This document shows, piece by piece, positions 32,503 to 43,136 of a DNA stretch of 64,000 nucleotides. The notes beneath the pieces are model-generated. The model had not been told where the DNA came from. It ran no database searches and was given only the letters and a program-made list of their open reading frames with translations. The stretch comes from an uncultured Methanosarcinaceae archaeon (lineage in GTDB: Archaea; Halobacteriota; Methanosarcinia; Methanosarcinales; Methanosarcinaceae), in the NCBI GenBank assembly GCA_963847185.1, contig CAWJYV010000001.1, forward strand, positions 64,001 through 128,000, in the 5' to 3' direction. Every line of letters starts with the position of its first letter. Positions within the stretch are counted from its first letter, which is position 1. Position numbers and translations under genes: made by a program.

Positions 32503-32901
32503 ATGAAAGACTTAGAAATAAAAATATTGGACGAAGCAGATTATATTTTTATTGAAACATTAAGGAATCTCGGGATGTCAAGAAATGTTGCTACAACCAT
32601 GGCATATCTTATGAATGTGGATGAAGCTTCATCCCGTGAAATTGAAATAAGTACTGGATTAAGGCAGCCCGAAGTAAGTATTGCAATAAGGTTAATGTGC
32701 AACCAATCCTGGGTTAGTACTCGCTCGGAAAAAAAACCTAGTAAAGGACGGCCGACAAAGATTTATTCTCTTGCAGCTCCGGTTGACGAGGCCATAAGTT
32801 ATTACGAAGACAAGATTTACAAAGAATCTCAGGCAACCATCTCAGCAATCAAGAAGCTGAAAGTGATGAGCAAACAATTGTCTCTTACTTCCTCAAAGTG
32901 A
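32503..32901 (+). CDS. winged-helix transcriptional regulator (COG4738-like)
   Basis: SREIEISTGLRQPEVSIA...KGRPTKIYSL. Confidence 0.85.
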   Translation: MKDLEIKILDEADYIFIETLRNLGMSRNVATTMAYLMNVDEASSREIEISTGLRQPEVSIAIRLMCNQSWVSTRSEKKPSKGRPTKIYSLAAPVDEAISYYEDKIYKESQATISAIKKLKVMSKQLSLTSSK

Positions 32902-33335
32902 AGGATTTCAAATGGGGTTAGCTCCATAATGGCTGACCATTGAGAAAGATATGTAAAAAAGACAGCAAAAAGAGTTACATAAGAAGAAGCATAGGATCAC
33001 TGCATTTATTCACTGTATCCCCCATACAGTCTTCGACCATTAAGCTCCCCCAAGCATATTGGTTCGAAGAAGGATCAGCAATCCCAGGCGATTCTTTCAT
33101 TATGGTAGATGATTCCCCAGTTATTTCCCAACTCCAGCATATAATAATTGGATAAATTATTTAAAATAAATTATATCAAAAATTGCATTTAAACGAAAAA
33201 AAGTCCCATTTACTTTATTTTAAAGATATTAAAATTTTCAGAAAAATATAATTTTTCAATTATATTGAAATTGTGGATCAGAAACAATCTTTCGTATCGG
33301 TTATGATATATATCCCTGATACATTATAAATGTAC

Positions 33336-33417
33336 AGATTAAGAGAATAGGGTTTCCTCTTAATCTTTGGGTTGGATCGCAGGTAGGGATTTGAGAATAG
33401 GGACTCAAAACTCTACC
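33336..33417 (+). ncRNA. candidate two-hairpin sRNA, copy 2
   Basis: AGATTAAGAG/CTCTTAATCT perfect stem and a second stem, both with AATAGGG loops; TATA-like at 33306-33313. Confidence 0.6.
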
Positions 33418-33440
33418 ATCTACTTCTAAGCTGATTTAAA

Positions 33441-33605
33441 TTATTCATTTTACTCGTTCTAATTGCTTTGTGGAATTTTCAGGGATATATTTGGTCCATC
33501 TGACTATAAGCGATAACCTTGGACATTGTACGTGGCTTTTAAGTATGTGTGCGTAGGAACGAGGGATAGATGTACCGCGCCAGCTTTCTATATATTCCAG
33601 AAGTC
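33441..33605. repeat. repeat unit A8 (3' half plus junction into the start of a next unit)
   Basis: TTGTGGAA..GGGATATATTTGGTCCAT...TTGTACGTGG...GATAGATGTACCGCGCCAGC. Confidence 0.85.
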
Positions 33606-33784
33606 TAGCCTAAGTGTTATGGAATAAGTAACTGAAAAACGTAAGCTTAAGAATCTCTCTACATTATCCCCAAATACGGGTGAAATACTCGTTTTTCACA
33701 TTTGCTCAACGGACCTCTACTATCTAAAACAGTAAACCAGAAAAAATTGTAATAAAAATTTAAAAGAGATAAAAGGAGAACAAT

Positions 33785-34066
33785 TTAAAGTTTGAGTTCC
33801 ATAGCCATTTTTTGGAAAACCTTTCCTTTGTTAGTTGTAATAAAAAGCCCGTTTTCGTGCTTGATGAGTTCTTTTTCGTTCAACATTTCCAGATATTTCT
33901 GAGTAATATTAGAGTTTAGATTTGCCTCATATAAAATATGAGTTTTCTTCGCCCCGTTCATTGCTATTTTTAAAATATCTATGGCGATATCAGTCCTGCT
34001 TCTTCTTTTAATACTAACTCTCCTCCCCACAGTAGATTGAAAAAAATAACTATAGATGTTCAACAT
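33785..34066 (-). CDS. winged HTH protein (HTH_45/COG3432-like)
   Basis: RRSRTDIAIDIL...KTHILYEANLN...ITTNKG. Confidence 0.85.
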   Translation of the reverse strand: MLNIYSYFFQSTVGRRVSIKRRSRTDIAIDILKIAMNGAKKTHILYEANLNSNITQKYLEMLNEKELIKHENGLFITTNKGKVFQKMAMELKL

Positions 34067-34267
34067 TAATCGCTAAAGACTCTAATTCCTGCAGATTCTG
34101 CAATACCTGGATCAGTAACAACCACATTCTTTTTTTGCAGTTGTTGTTTTACCGAAGATGCATGTACAGGATTTAAGCTGGAGGTCAGATAACAAAAGAT
34201 GAAACATCCTCCTCTACAATCTAATCTCCAGTAAAGTGCTTAACGACATGTTTTATCCTGCTCGAAC

Positions 34268-34687
34268 TCAGGCAGGAGCTTCTTTGTTCATGATATAAGC
34301 GACCATTCCAGGGTTAAGTTTGCTTTCCCTTGAGACCTTTGCCTCAATCTCCTCAGCAGGTTTTCCTTCTATTTTCATCTCCTTTATTCTTTCAATCACT
34401 GAAGACGGAACGGTATAATATTCGTTTAGATCTTTTCTGTGACCCCATACATCCCCTTCGATAAGCTGAATTCTCTGCATCTGAAGGAACATTTCTATGG
34501 ATTTTGAAACCGTTGCCATGTAAGATTTCGGTAACTGAATAACCTCTATCTTCGGGCAGGTCTCAACTAACCCGAAAATGTCCTTATTTGAAGGTCTGAA
34601 GGCTAAGTGAATGATACGCTCATTAGGATTTAATGTAAAGATTTCCTCTCTTGAACTGACTACTCGGATTTTCATACTTTTCCCCAC
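34268..34687 (-). CDS. DUF1699 family protein
   Basis: MKIRVVSSREEI..HLAFRPSNKD..GDVWGHRKD. Confidence 0.9.
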   Translation of the reverse strand: MGKSMKIRVVSSREEIFTLNPNERIIHLAFRPSNKDIFGLVETCPKIEVIQLPKSYMATVSKSIEMFLQMQRIQLIEGDVWGHRKDLNEYYTVPSSVIERIKEMKIEGKPAEEIEAKVSRESKLNPGMVAYIMNKEAPA

Positions 34688-35355
34688 TTTTAAGTTCTTT
34701 CTTGACTGTAATGTGATATAATGTGCATATACTGATTATAAATAATCATCTCATTGAACTAACATTATTTCAATAGTATTCTGGAGATGCTGATTATACA
34801 AAATTTCCTAAATTGATCTAAAAAAGCCAAAAAAGAAATGAAAATCGATTTTAGAATGTCATTTTTCCATTTTTGCTTCACTTTTGCTCTATTTCATGCT
34901 ATGATTTTTTCAGAATCTGTCTAATTATTTTCATCTTCGATACCTTTCAGTTTCAGACTTTAATAAGAATTTACCGTTCAAGTAAAATAAATTAGTTTGT
35001 GGGAGTCAGGTACTGAAAGTCAAAAACAAAAGTATTTGTCTCAAACTTTGGAAAGCAAAGCAAAATTAGTAGCTATTCAGCCTACTTAAAATCAGTTTAA
35101 TGATACTGACTTCGGTGTAATTGATAACTGTAATTGCTAATCAATGAACAAAGAAAAACGTTTTTTTATTTATTTCATAGTATCAAAACGGCACAGATAT
35201 ATACTGCAGGTGCATATATTTTGAAAGTGTTTATAAGTTATCATCCATTTTAAAGATAGTATAAAAGCGTTCTTTAAGGGTCTAAATAAATAATTGTCAT
35301 GATATTTCTAAGTTGACAAGTGTACCTGCTAAACTACAAGTATGAAGGGGTTATC

Positions 35356-35754
35356 ATGAAAGACTATGAAATAAAAATTTTGGACGAAAACGATCATGTT
35401 TATATTGAAGCATTAAGGAATCTTGGGATGTCTAGAAATGTTGCTACAACCATGGCATATCTTGTGAATGTAGACAAAGCTTCGTCCCGTGAAATCGAAA
35501 TCAGTACCGGGTTAAGACAACCCGAAATAAGCCTTGCCATAAGGCTAATGCACAACCAATCCTGGATCAGTGTACGTTCAGAAAAAAAGCCTGGTAAAGG
35601 ACGCCCAACAAAGATTTATTCTCTTGAGGTTGTGGTTGATGAAATCATAAGTTATTATGAAAACAAGATTTACAAAGAATCTCGGGCAACCATCTCAGCA
35701 ATCAACAAGCTGAAAGTGATGAGCAAAAATATGCCCTTTACTCCCTCGAAGTAA
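35356..35754 (+). CDS. winged-helix regulator, close paralog of 32503-32901
   Basis: highly similar sequence, same RBS context and same 3' flank. Confidence 0.85.
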   Translation: MKDYEIKILDENDHVYIEALRNLGMSRNVATTMAYLVNVDKASSREIEISTGLRQPEISLAIRLMHNQSWISVRSEKKPGKGRPTKIYSLEVVVDEIISYYENKIYKESRATISAINKLKVMSKNMPFTPSK

Positions 35755-35867
35755 GGATTTAAAACAGGGTTAGATCCATAATGGTTGACAATCTTTTTTG
35801 GGGATTCACTATTATGGAAAATTAAATTTCTCCGGAATTCTCATTTAACTTTTCTATCTGCTCATCC

Positions 35868-36087
35868 TTAATGTGGAGCCTTCGGGTATATTTGGTCCAT
35901 TTGGCTATAAGCGATAGCCCTGGACATTGTACGTGGCTTCTAGGCATACGTGCGTGGGTAGGGGGTTGAAAATTACAAAAAGAAGCTATGCTTGTTTTCG
36001 CCTTAGCCTCGTATACGCTCTGGCTTCGATAATAAGTGGCTTCTAGCCACATTATGCTGACTGAACGACTTACAAGCATTATTAAAC
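35868..36087. repeat. repeat unit A9 (3' half) plus module E
   Basis: GGTCCATTTGGCTATAAGCGATAGCCCTGGACATTGTACGTGGCTTCTAGG. Confidence 0.85.
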
Positions 36088-39000
36088 TCAATATTGTAGA
36101 GCTGATGCCAGATTATCTTTTTCTGTTACTGTGAATTTTATAGTGAATTCCGTCCCCTTGTTCCTTTTCAGTTCAAGTTCACCATCTAATTGATCTACAA
36201 GGGAAGTTACTAGCTGAAGCCCAAGACTATCAATCTCTTCAATATCAAGGTTTTCAGGAATACCGACACCATTGTCTAAAACGGTCAGGGTAAAACTGGT
36301 ACTTTTACAGCCATTGCTTTTGCATTCGCCTTTTTCTTCTCTACGGAGTTTGATTCGGATTTCTCCTTTATCCATGTCAGGAAATGCATACTTGAGGGAG
36401 TTTGAAACTAGTTCGTTGATGATTATCCCTAATGGAATAGCAGCATCCATGTCTAAAAAAAGGTTCTCTTCTAGATCCAGATTTAAGCTGATATTTGCAT
36501 TTCCAAGCCTATATGTCTGGAAAAGATTTTCAGCTAGTTCCTCAATGTATGGCGAAAAGTTAAGTGTATCGAGTCCTTCACTTTTGTGTAGTTCCTCATG
36601 AATCAGAGCCATGGATATTACTCTGTCCTGGCTTTCCCTAAAAGCTTCAATAACTTTAGGATTATCGAACTTTTCAGCCTGAAGGTCAAGAAGGGATGAG
36701 ATGATTTGAAGGTTATTTTTAATCCTGTGGTGAATTTCTCTTTTGCGTGCAATTTCTATATTTGTCAGAGCTTTTTCTGCTTTTTTCCTCTCAGTAACGT
36801 CGAGAACAAAGGCTATGCCTTCATTGTGCACCCGATCGAAGGCAGCTATTCCAACAATGACAGGTACACGTGAACCATCTTTGCGAATGTATTCCTTTTC
36901 TTTTGGTTCTTTTACACCAATAGTTTTCATCTCAGCAATGGCTCTCTCGTCTAAGAATCGTTGCTCAGGCGGAGTCATCTTGTTCCAATTAACCTTCCCT
37001 TCCTGCAAGTCCTCACGCGTGTAACCTATAATCTCCAGTAACTTGTCGTTGGCATCGGTGATTAAACCATCAAGATTAAAGTAAAATACGCCGAACATAT
37101 CTGATTCGTAAAAGTGGCGAAGGCGTGTCTCGCTCTCACGCAGTGCTTTTTCTGCCTTGATACGCTCAGTAATATCTCTTACAATACCTGAGATAGCTAC
37201 AAGCTTTCCTGTAATGTCAAAGATCGGAGAAAAAGTTATTGAAACATTTATATGAGTACCGTCCTTTCTTAAACGTATAGTCTCATATTGGTGGATTTTT
37301 TCTACTTGTAGAACCCTTTCAGTTAATTTTTTTGTTTCGTCACGTAGATGGAATGGAGCCAGAAAGGATACGCTCTTTCCCAAAACTTCTTCAGCTAAAT
37401 AACCATAAACCTGCTCTGCAGCCTTGTTCCAGCTTGTAATAATACAATCAAGAGACAAGGTTATAATAGCATCATTCGACGATTCTATAGCATCTGCTAA
37501 TATCCTTATTTTCTCTTCTGTTCTTTTGCGCTCAGTTATGTCCTGGGTTATTCCCCTCACTCTAATAGGGATATTTTTCCCATCAAAAATAATTTCGGGT
37601 TTTGTATGGACTGAGCGCTCTTCCCCATTAGCTAAAATAATCCTATAATCAATGCCATAGAAATTCCCTTTTAATCCTTTTTTAACGGCGTTATCAAAGT
37701 AGTCTCGATCATCAGGGTGTATATAATTTAAAAGTTCATTAAGACCGGGGGCTGGTTCGTGAGGATCACGTCCGAAAATATGATACATTTCCTCAGACCA
37801 GTATGCTTTATCAGTTGCAATATTCCATTCCCAATTTCCAATATGAGCCATTTTTGAGCTTCAGCAAGACTTTTTTCACTTTCTTTCAACGAGTCATATG
37901 ACTTCTTCAAGTTCTAACTGTACGCTCTTTGACTAGTTTTTCCAAATTGTCACGTGCTTTTTTTAGAGCTTCTTCTGCCTGTCTGCGCTCGGTGATGTCC
38001 CGCGCCGCTCCTATCAGTCCTATGATGTTGCCCTGTCCATCATAGTACGGTGCTTTTACGGTCTGGAGGATGCGCCATCCATGTGATGTAAATATTCTCT
38101 CCTCTAAGGTTGTCCCTTTTCCGGTCTCTATGACTCGTTTGTCATCCTCCGCTAGCTTCTTGGCTATCTCAGGAGGGTGAAAATCGGCAACGGTTTTATT
38201 GAGTACCTCTTCAGGGGATTTGCCCATAAGCCTATAGTAAGCTGGGTTTGCCAGGATCATCCGGGCTTCTCTATCCTTGACGAAGATGGCGTCCGAGACG
38301 TTCTCCATGATGTCTCGGAGGAAGGCCTCACTCTTCCGGACCTCGTTCTCGATGCGACGCAGCTTCATAATCTTGTGAAGCTCATTAGCCACCAATTGGA
38401 GCTGCATGATATCGCGGTCGTTCGTACTCATCCACCTTGTTGCCCACACCGAAGATGATCCTCACCTTGTCGTTTTCGGTGACCGGCACGCTCATGAACC
38501 GCTTCACTGTAGCGTGTCCGGGCGGCAGTCCTTTTTGGTTCGGTGAGGAAGGAAAGTCGTTGTAGACCACCGGCCGCTTTAGCCGGACGCAATCGACCCA
38601 GTTACCTGCCTTTTCAATAGGGTAGTGCCCTTCGTTCCCTGCCAGTGCATGACCTCAATGCTTCCTGGTTCCAGGTGGTGAGGATGATCTCTTTCTCGTC
38701 CTCGGAGACGAGGTGGAAGAAGCCGATCGTGCTATCGGTTATCTTGACGGCTTGATTGAGTGCGAAATCGTAGAGTTCGCGGTCTGATAGGTTCGATGAT
38801 CGGGTATAGAGCTCGTATAAGCCGGTCGCTCGCGCCAGTTCGTTACTGAGCTGGTGCTCCGCCTGCCTGCGCTCGGTTATATCCTGGGTTATACCAAAAC
38901 CGCTTACGACAGCTCCATCTTTGTCAAACTCAAGATATGCTTTTTCACGTACCCACTTGATCTTACCGTCTACGATAATGCGGTGCTCGATGTCGTATGG

Positions 39001-40003
39001 TTCTCCATCTAACCCTGCTTTCCATTCTTTGTCAACATATTCCCTGTCATCCGGATGAACTGTTGAAAGAAAAGTCTCGTAGGTTAAAGGAGTACCTTTT
39101 GGGATTCCGAAGATACGATGATTTTCATCGGACCATGTTAATTCGTTTTTATGCACATCCAGACGCCAACTTCCTATATTTCCTACAGCCTGAGCCCGGT
39201 CGAAATCTTCACTTTTTTTCTCTAGCTTATCCACCAGAGCATCTCGTACCTCCAGCGACTGGGCTAATTTAATGTTACTATGGCTTAGCTGTGAGATCAT
39301 GTTAGCAAGTTTCATGAAGAAGGACATGCTCGTTTCAACAGTATCTCTGCTCAGCCGTGGAACTTTTTCCAGAGCTGCTATGTATTCCTCTTCATTAAAA
39401 TCATATTTTCTGGCCTGGGATCGGAAAAGCTCATAGTCCATAGGCTCGTCGTCAAAAAAGAACTGTCCTGAAAAGATATTGCCGACATGTTGGTTACCAG
39501 AGAAAATTGGAGTTACTATATCCCACATGTTGTTTTTGCACTTGTATAACTTAAACTCTCCCAGAGGAACGCCTGCGGACAGCTTTGTATCACTTTCCAC
39601 ACAGTGCTTGCAGGTTTCGGGGTGAACCCTATGGAACTTGGTGCAGATATCCTGCCATCCAACACCTATCAGAACATTGCCTTTGAGATCAAGTAAGGCC
39701 ATGGTAATGTGAGCAAATTTATAAAAGTCACTCATGAGGGACTGGACTGCCTGAACATCGATAATATCAGCCAGCTCAAGGTTTTCTACCCTCCTAGAAA
39801 GTGGGAGATCATTTTCCAACTTCAACCTGACGCGTTGCTCACTCTGGCTAAGCGCCTCGTTTGCCTTCTTACATTTGGTGATATCCCGGTTTAGTGCCAT
39901 ATTTTCGACATGTAAAGTCTTGATTGGCTTTTTCCAACTCAGCGATCCGTTCCCACATCTGGATCTCTATTTCATCCTTATTCGGAAGGTTAGAAGCACC
40001 CAT
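36088..40003 (-). pseudogene. PocR/PAS/GAF histidine kinase broken by several frameshifts (~37850, ~37910, ~38425, ~38640, ~39905)
   Basis: ORFs 38614-39900, 38385-38570, 37907-38449, 37728-37910 and 36088-37851 are consecutive domains; ATG40003 has the same leader as the paralogs. Confidence 0.85.
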
Positions 40004-40532
40004 AATTCCCCAACCCTGCTTTAAAGCAGGGTGTTAATATTCTCTCGTTAAATCTCTTTAGTCTGAAATTTTTGTCTAACAGGACTGGTACAAATATGAT
40101 TCCCGAAAAATCCCCAATAATAACAATAATATTATATTTCCTGAATTATCCATATAGGTTCAGTCTTCCTAGCAACTGCCAATTCATCATTCAACCTTAT
40201 TTATATAATTTACTGTATTTTTATTTTTAAAATTTTGGCATGAGAGTTATTTGCAAGAAGGAATATTTTATCTATGATATAAAAAGACTTGAAAAATTCA
40301 GACAGAATTTATATTTAGGAAAAAAGTCTTGGAGACTTAACTATCAGGTTTTGCTACGACTCAATTTAGCCAAATGCTCGAGTATCATGTATAAATAGAA
40401 GGAAGTATAAAAAGCGACTTTTACTTCTTGTGTACCAGCCTCTTAATATCCACCCTCACATAAAAAATTCCCTTATAAACCCGATCCACAACATCCTCAT
40501 CTTCTTGTATTAGTAGCTACTTTTAAGCCTAG

Positions 40533-40622
40533 TTTTTTCAGTCAAACACTCGAATCAGGTTAGTGCATAAAAGCCTGATCTTTAGCATAACCTTTGAAGC
40601 ATACAAGGTTATTACAGATAGT
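40533..40622. repeat. repeat module C
   Basis: near-identical to 21393-21478 and 63661-63750. Confidence 0.85.
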
Positions 40623-41097
40623 ATTCTCTACCTATATTGCCTTCTGCAAGATTCAAAACAAATGGTGAGCTTAACTCATCCGAAAATAACAATACATAAT
40701 ATGGAACAGCACCATTATTCTAGTGAAAAATCGCATCATCACCCTTTATATACGAGCCGAAAGAAATAATAAATTGTCTTTCTGGGTTATAAGATTGCCA
40801 TAAAATTACCAAACATAAACCACCTTACGGGAAAACACCTCGATGATACCATACATCCCGTAAGCTTTCTTCAAGGCTGTCATTAATTCTTGGGGACAGC
40901 CAATTCTGCTTTTTAAAAATTAGTTTTTATGCCCACACCCTTTGTTATGATAGAAAGAGTTTAAACAATAGGTCCGGGATAATTAGAATTCAGCCTTTAG
41001 TTTTGGATGGATAATTAGCAAGGAAGTCAATTTACGAAGGCTGGCGCTTATTAGCGTAGCTTCTAGATAGGTCTACGAGGCGTAGATTAGAAAAAGA

Positions 41098-41310
41098 TTA
41101 GTCGTTGTCATTCTTCACCCATAGTATTTCTCTACTACTCAACGCCTGCACACGCTGCACTTTCCCTGAAGCTTCAAGCTCCGTTAGATTTTTGACTGTT
41201 GTTTTGTTTATGCAACCAAACTTCTGTGAGAGCCAGTGCGGATGCACCAGCTCACCTTCTGGCATAGCCGCCAAGAAGTCGTTGGGGTAGAACTGTTGTT
41301 TAGCGACCAT
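41098..41310 (-). CDS. small hypothetical, possible wHTH
   Basis: QKFGCINKTTVKNLTELEASGKV HTH-like; GAGG RBS. Confidence 0.5.
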   Translation of the reverse strand: MVAKQQFYPNDFLAAMPEGELVHPHWLSQKFGCINKTTVKNLTELEASGKVQRVQALSSREILWVKNDND

Positions 41311-41908
41311 GATTATTCCTCTTCTTCCTCAATTTCTTCTTCATTTTCCTCTACTTCTTCATCTACAATAATAGTTTGTCTCAGTTTCATCGTAACACCA
41401 ATGCTATAAAAATCGATCAAAAAATATCTAATGTTGCAAAACAAATAATATAATATTTTTGAGTATAAGTGCGTTATTTTTTTTGTACAATTATTTTTTC
41501 ATGACTTATCAATGATAAATTATATGGTGGCGAATCCGACAAACATAAATAAACTTTGCTTGATATTTTCATTTGACTAAAGTTCACTCATTTTCTTCAA
41601 AATAATAAATAAACAATATAGAACATTTAAGCTACTATTTAAATTTTTTTATACAAGTTATTGAATAAATGCTTGAATCAATAGTATTAGGGACCTAAAA
41701 AGAAGACTCGAAATTAAAGTATATTTGTGCTTTATTCTTCGAAAGAACATTTTAATTTCCTATTAAAAAATACACTTCATTTTTGCCTAGAAACTATTTT
41801 TACTTTGCTAAAAATCGTGAAACTTAGTGAGGAGGACATACAACCCTCCTCTGGAGATAAACTATGAAATCTCCATATATTAGGGATATAATACTTGATT
41901 TCTTATAG

Positions 41909-42268
41909 TTGTTTATCATATATCGTGTTATGGGGAAGGATAGAGCAACAATTTTGTTTAAGGTATACATGAACGAAGAAACACCAAACGAAATTGATCT
42001 AAGAATATCTAAATTAAAAAAAGTTTCATCTAAATCAAATAAAAAGTTTTTAACTCTGCCTGGTTCAAATGCTATTGAATACAGCAGTAATATAAAGGGG
42101 TTCATAATACGCAGGTTAGGACGAATTGTATCAATTTCAAATGATGATATGAATTCTCTTATCAAAATGACAGACGATGACATGGAATCTTATATTATGA
42201 AAAGATTCCAAGGAGAGGAAAGAAAACAGGAAATTTTAAAAGAGTTCGTAAAAATAGTAATTGATTGA
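41909..42268 (+). CDS. hypothetical protein
   Basis: ORF only; start uncertain. Confidence 0.45.
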   Translation: MFIIYRVMGKDRATILFKVYMNEETPNEIDLRISKLKKVSSKSNKKFLTLPGSNAIEYSSNIKGFIIRRLGRIVSISNDDMNSLIKMTDDDMESYIMKRFQGEERKQEILKEFVKIVID

Positions 42269-42490
42269 AAGGTGACATCATGAATTGTATTGATATTGTT
42301 TGCCCAAGAGGATACGAATCAAATGTATGTTGATTCTCACCAATTGATTTTTTCTTTTCTTTGTATCTTTTTCCAACCATATAAGCTCTCTGATCATTTG
42401 TAACGTTTCTTTTCGACAACTGATTTTAATCGTCCATATAATGACATAAGAACAAGAATTGGAATCTTTTTTCTTTTGTTGTAAATTCAA
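42195..42490 (-). pseudogene. relic of a ParB-associated mobile-element protein
   Basis: SKRNVTNDQRAYMVGKRYKEKK resembles the RRNL..QR.Y..G..Y helix of plasmid/phage ParB-like proteins. Confidence 0.4.
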
Positions 42491-43136
42491 CTCTCAATTT
42501 TCTGAATATTTTCCTGATTTTCTAGGTTTATATGGAATACACGGATAGTATGTAATTATAAACACAAAAATAACGCTTAAGTCGAATAAAATTTAAATTC
42601 GTAGTTTTTTATTCAAATTATATGCAAAATCAGGGAAAATACTCAATTTTAGAGTATGTGTTCTAAACTCGACCATACAAAAGACTATAGGAATATACTT
42701 GTTTACATCGATGAGTAGGATAGTAAACACGAAAAAATACTATGAAACACATAGGCACTTTTCTCAAGGTCTAATGATATCGAAAAAAGGCAGTAGATTT
42801 TGATTATATAAAACTATTATTATAAGTTATTAAAAAACAAAATTTTTAAAAAGTGTAAGACAAATGTAACCACCGTGCAACAAACTGGGTATTTTTGCCC
42901 AACGCCCAATAAAGTAAAATAAGCAATGAATATTATAGAAATTCCTTTTAATTAATCAAACAATCGTTAGCAAGGTAAGTTACATCAAAAGCGCAAGTAA
43001 AATTTTTAATTTTCGATTTTAGTCAAAAAAAGACTATTAACCTTAACTTTAAAATAATTCAAGTACATATGAAGCTGAAAGAACTTTAGAGGCAAAACAC
43101 AATTGTTTTCCCAATAATTTACTAGATCAATTTTAT

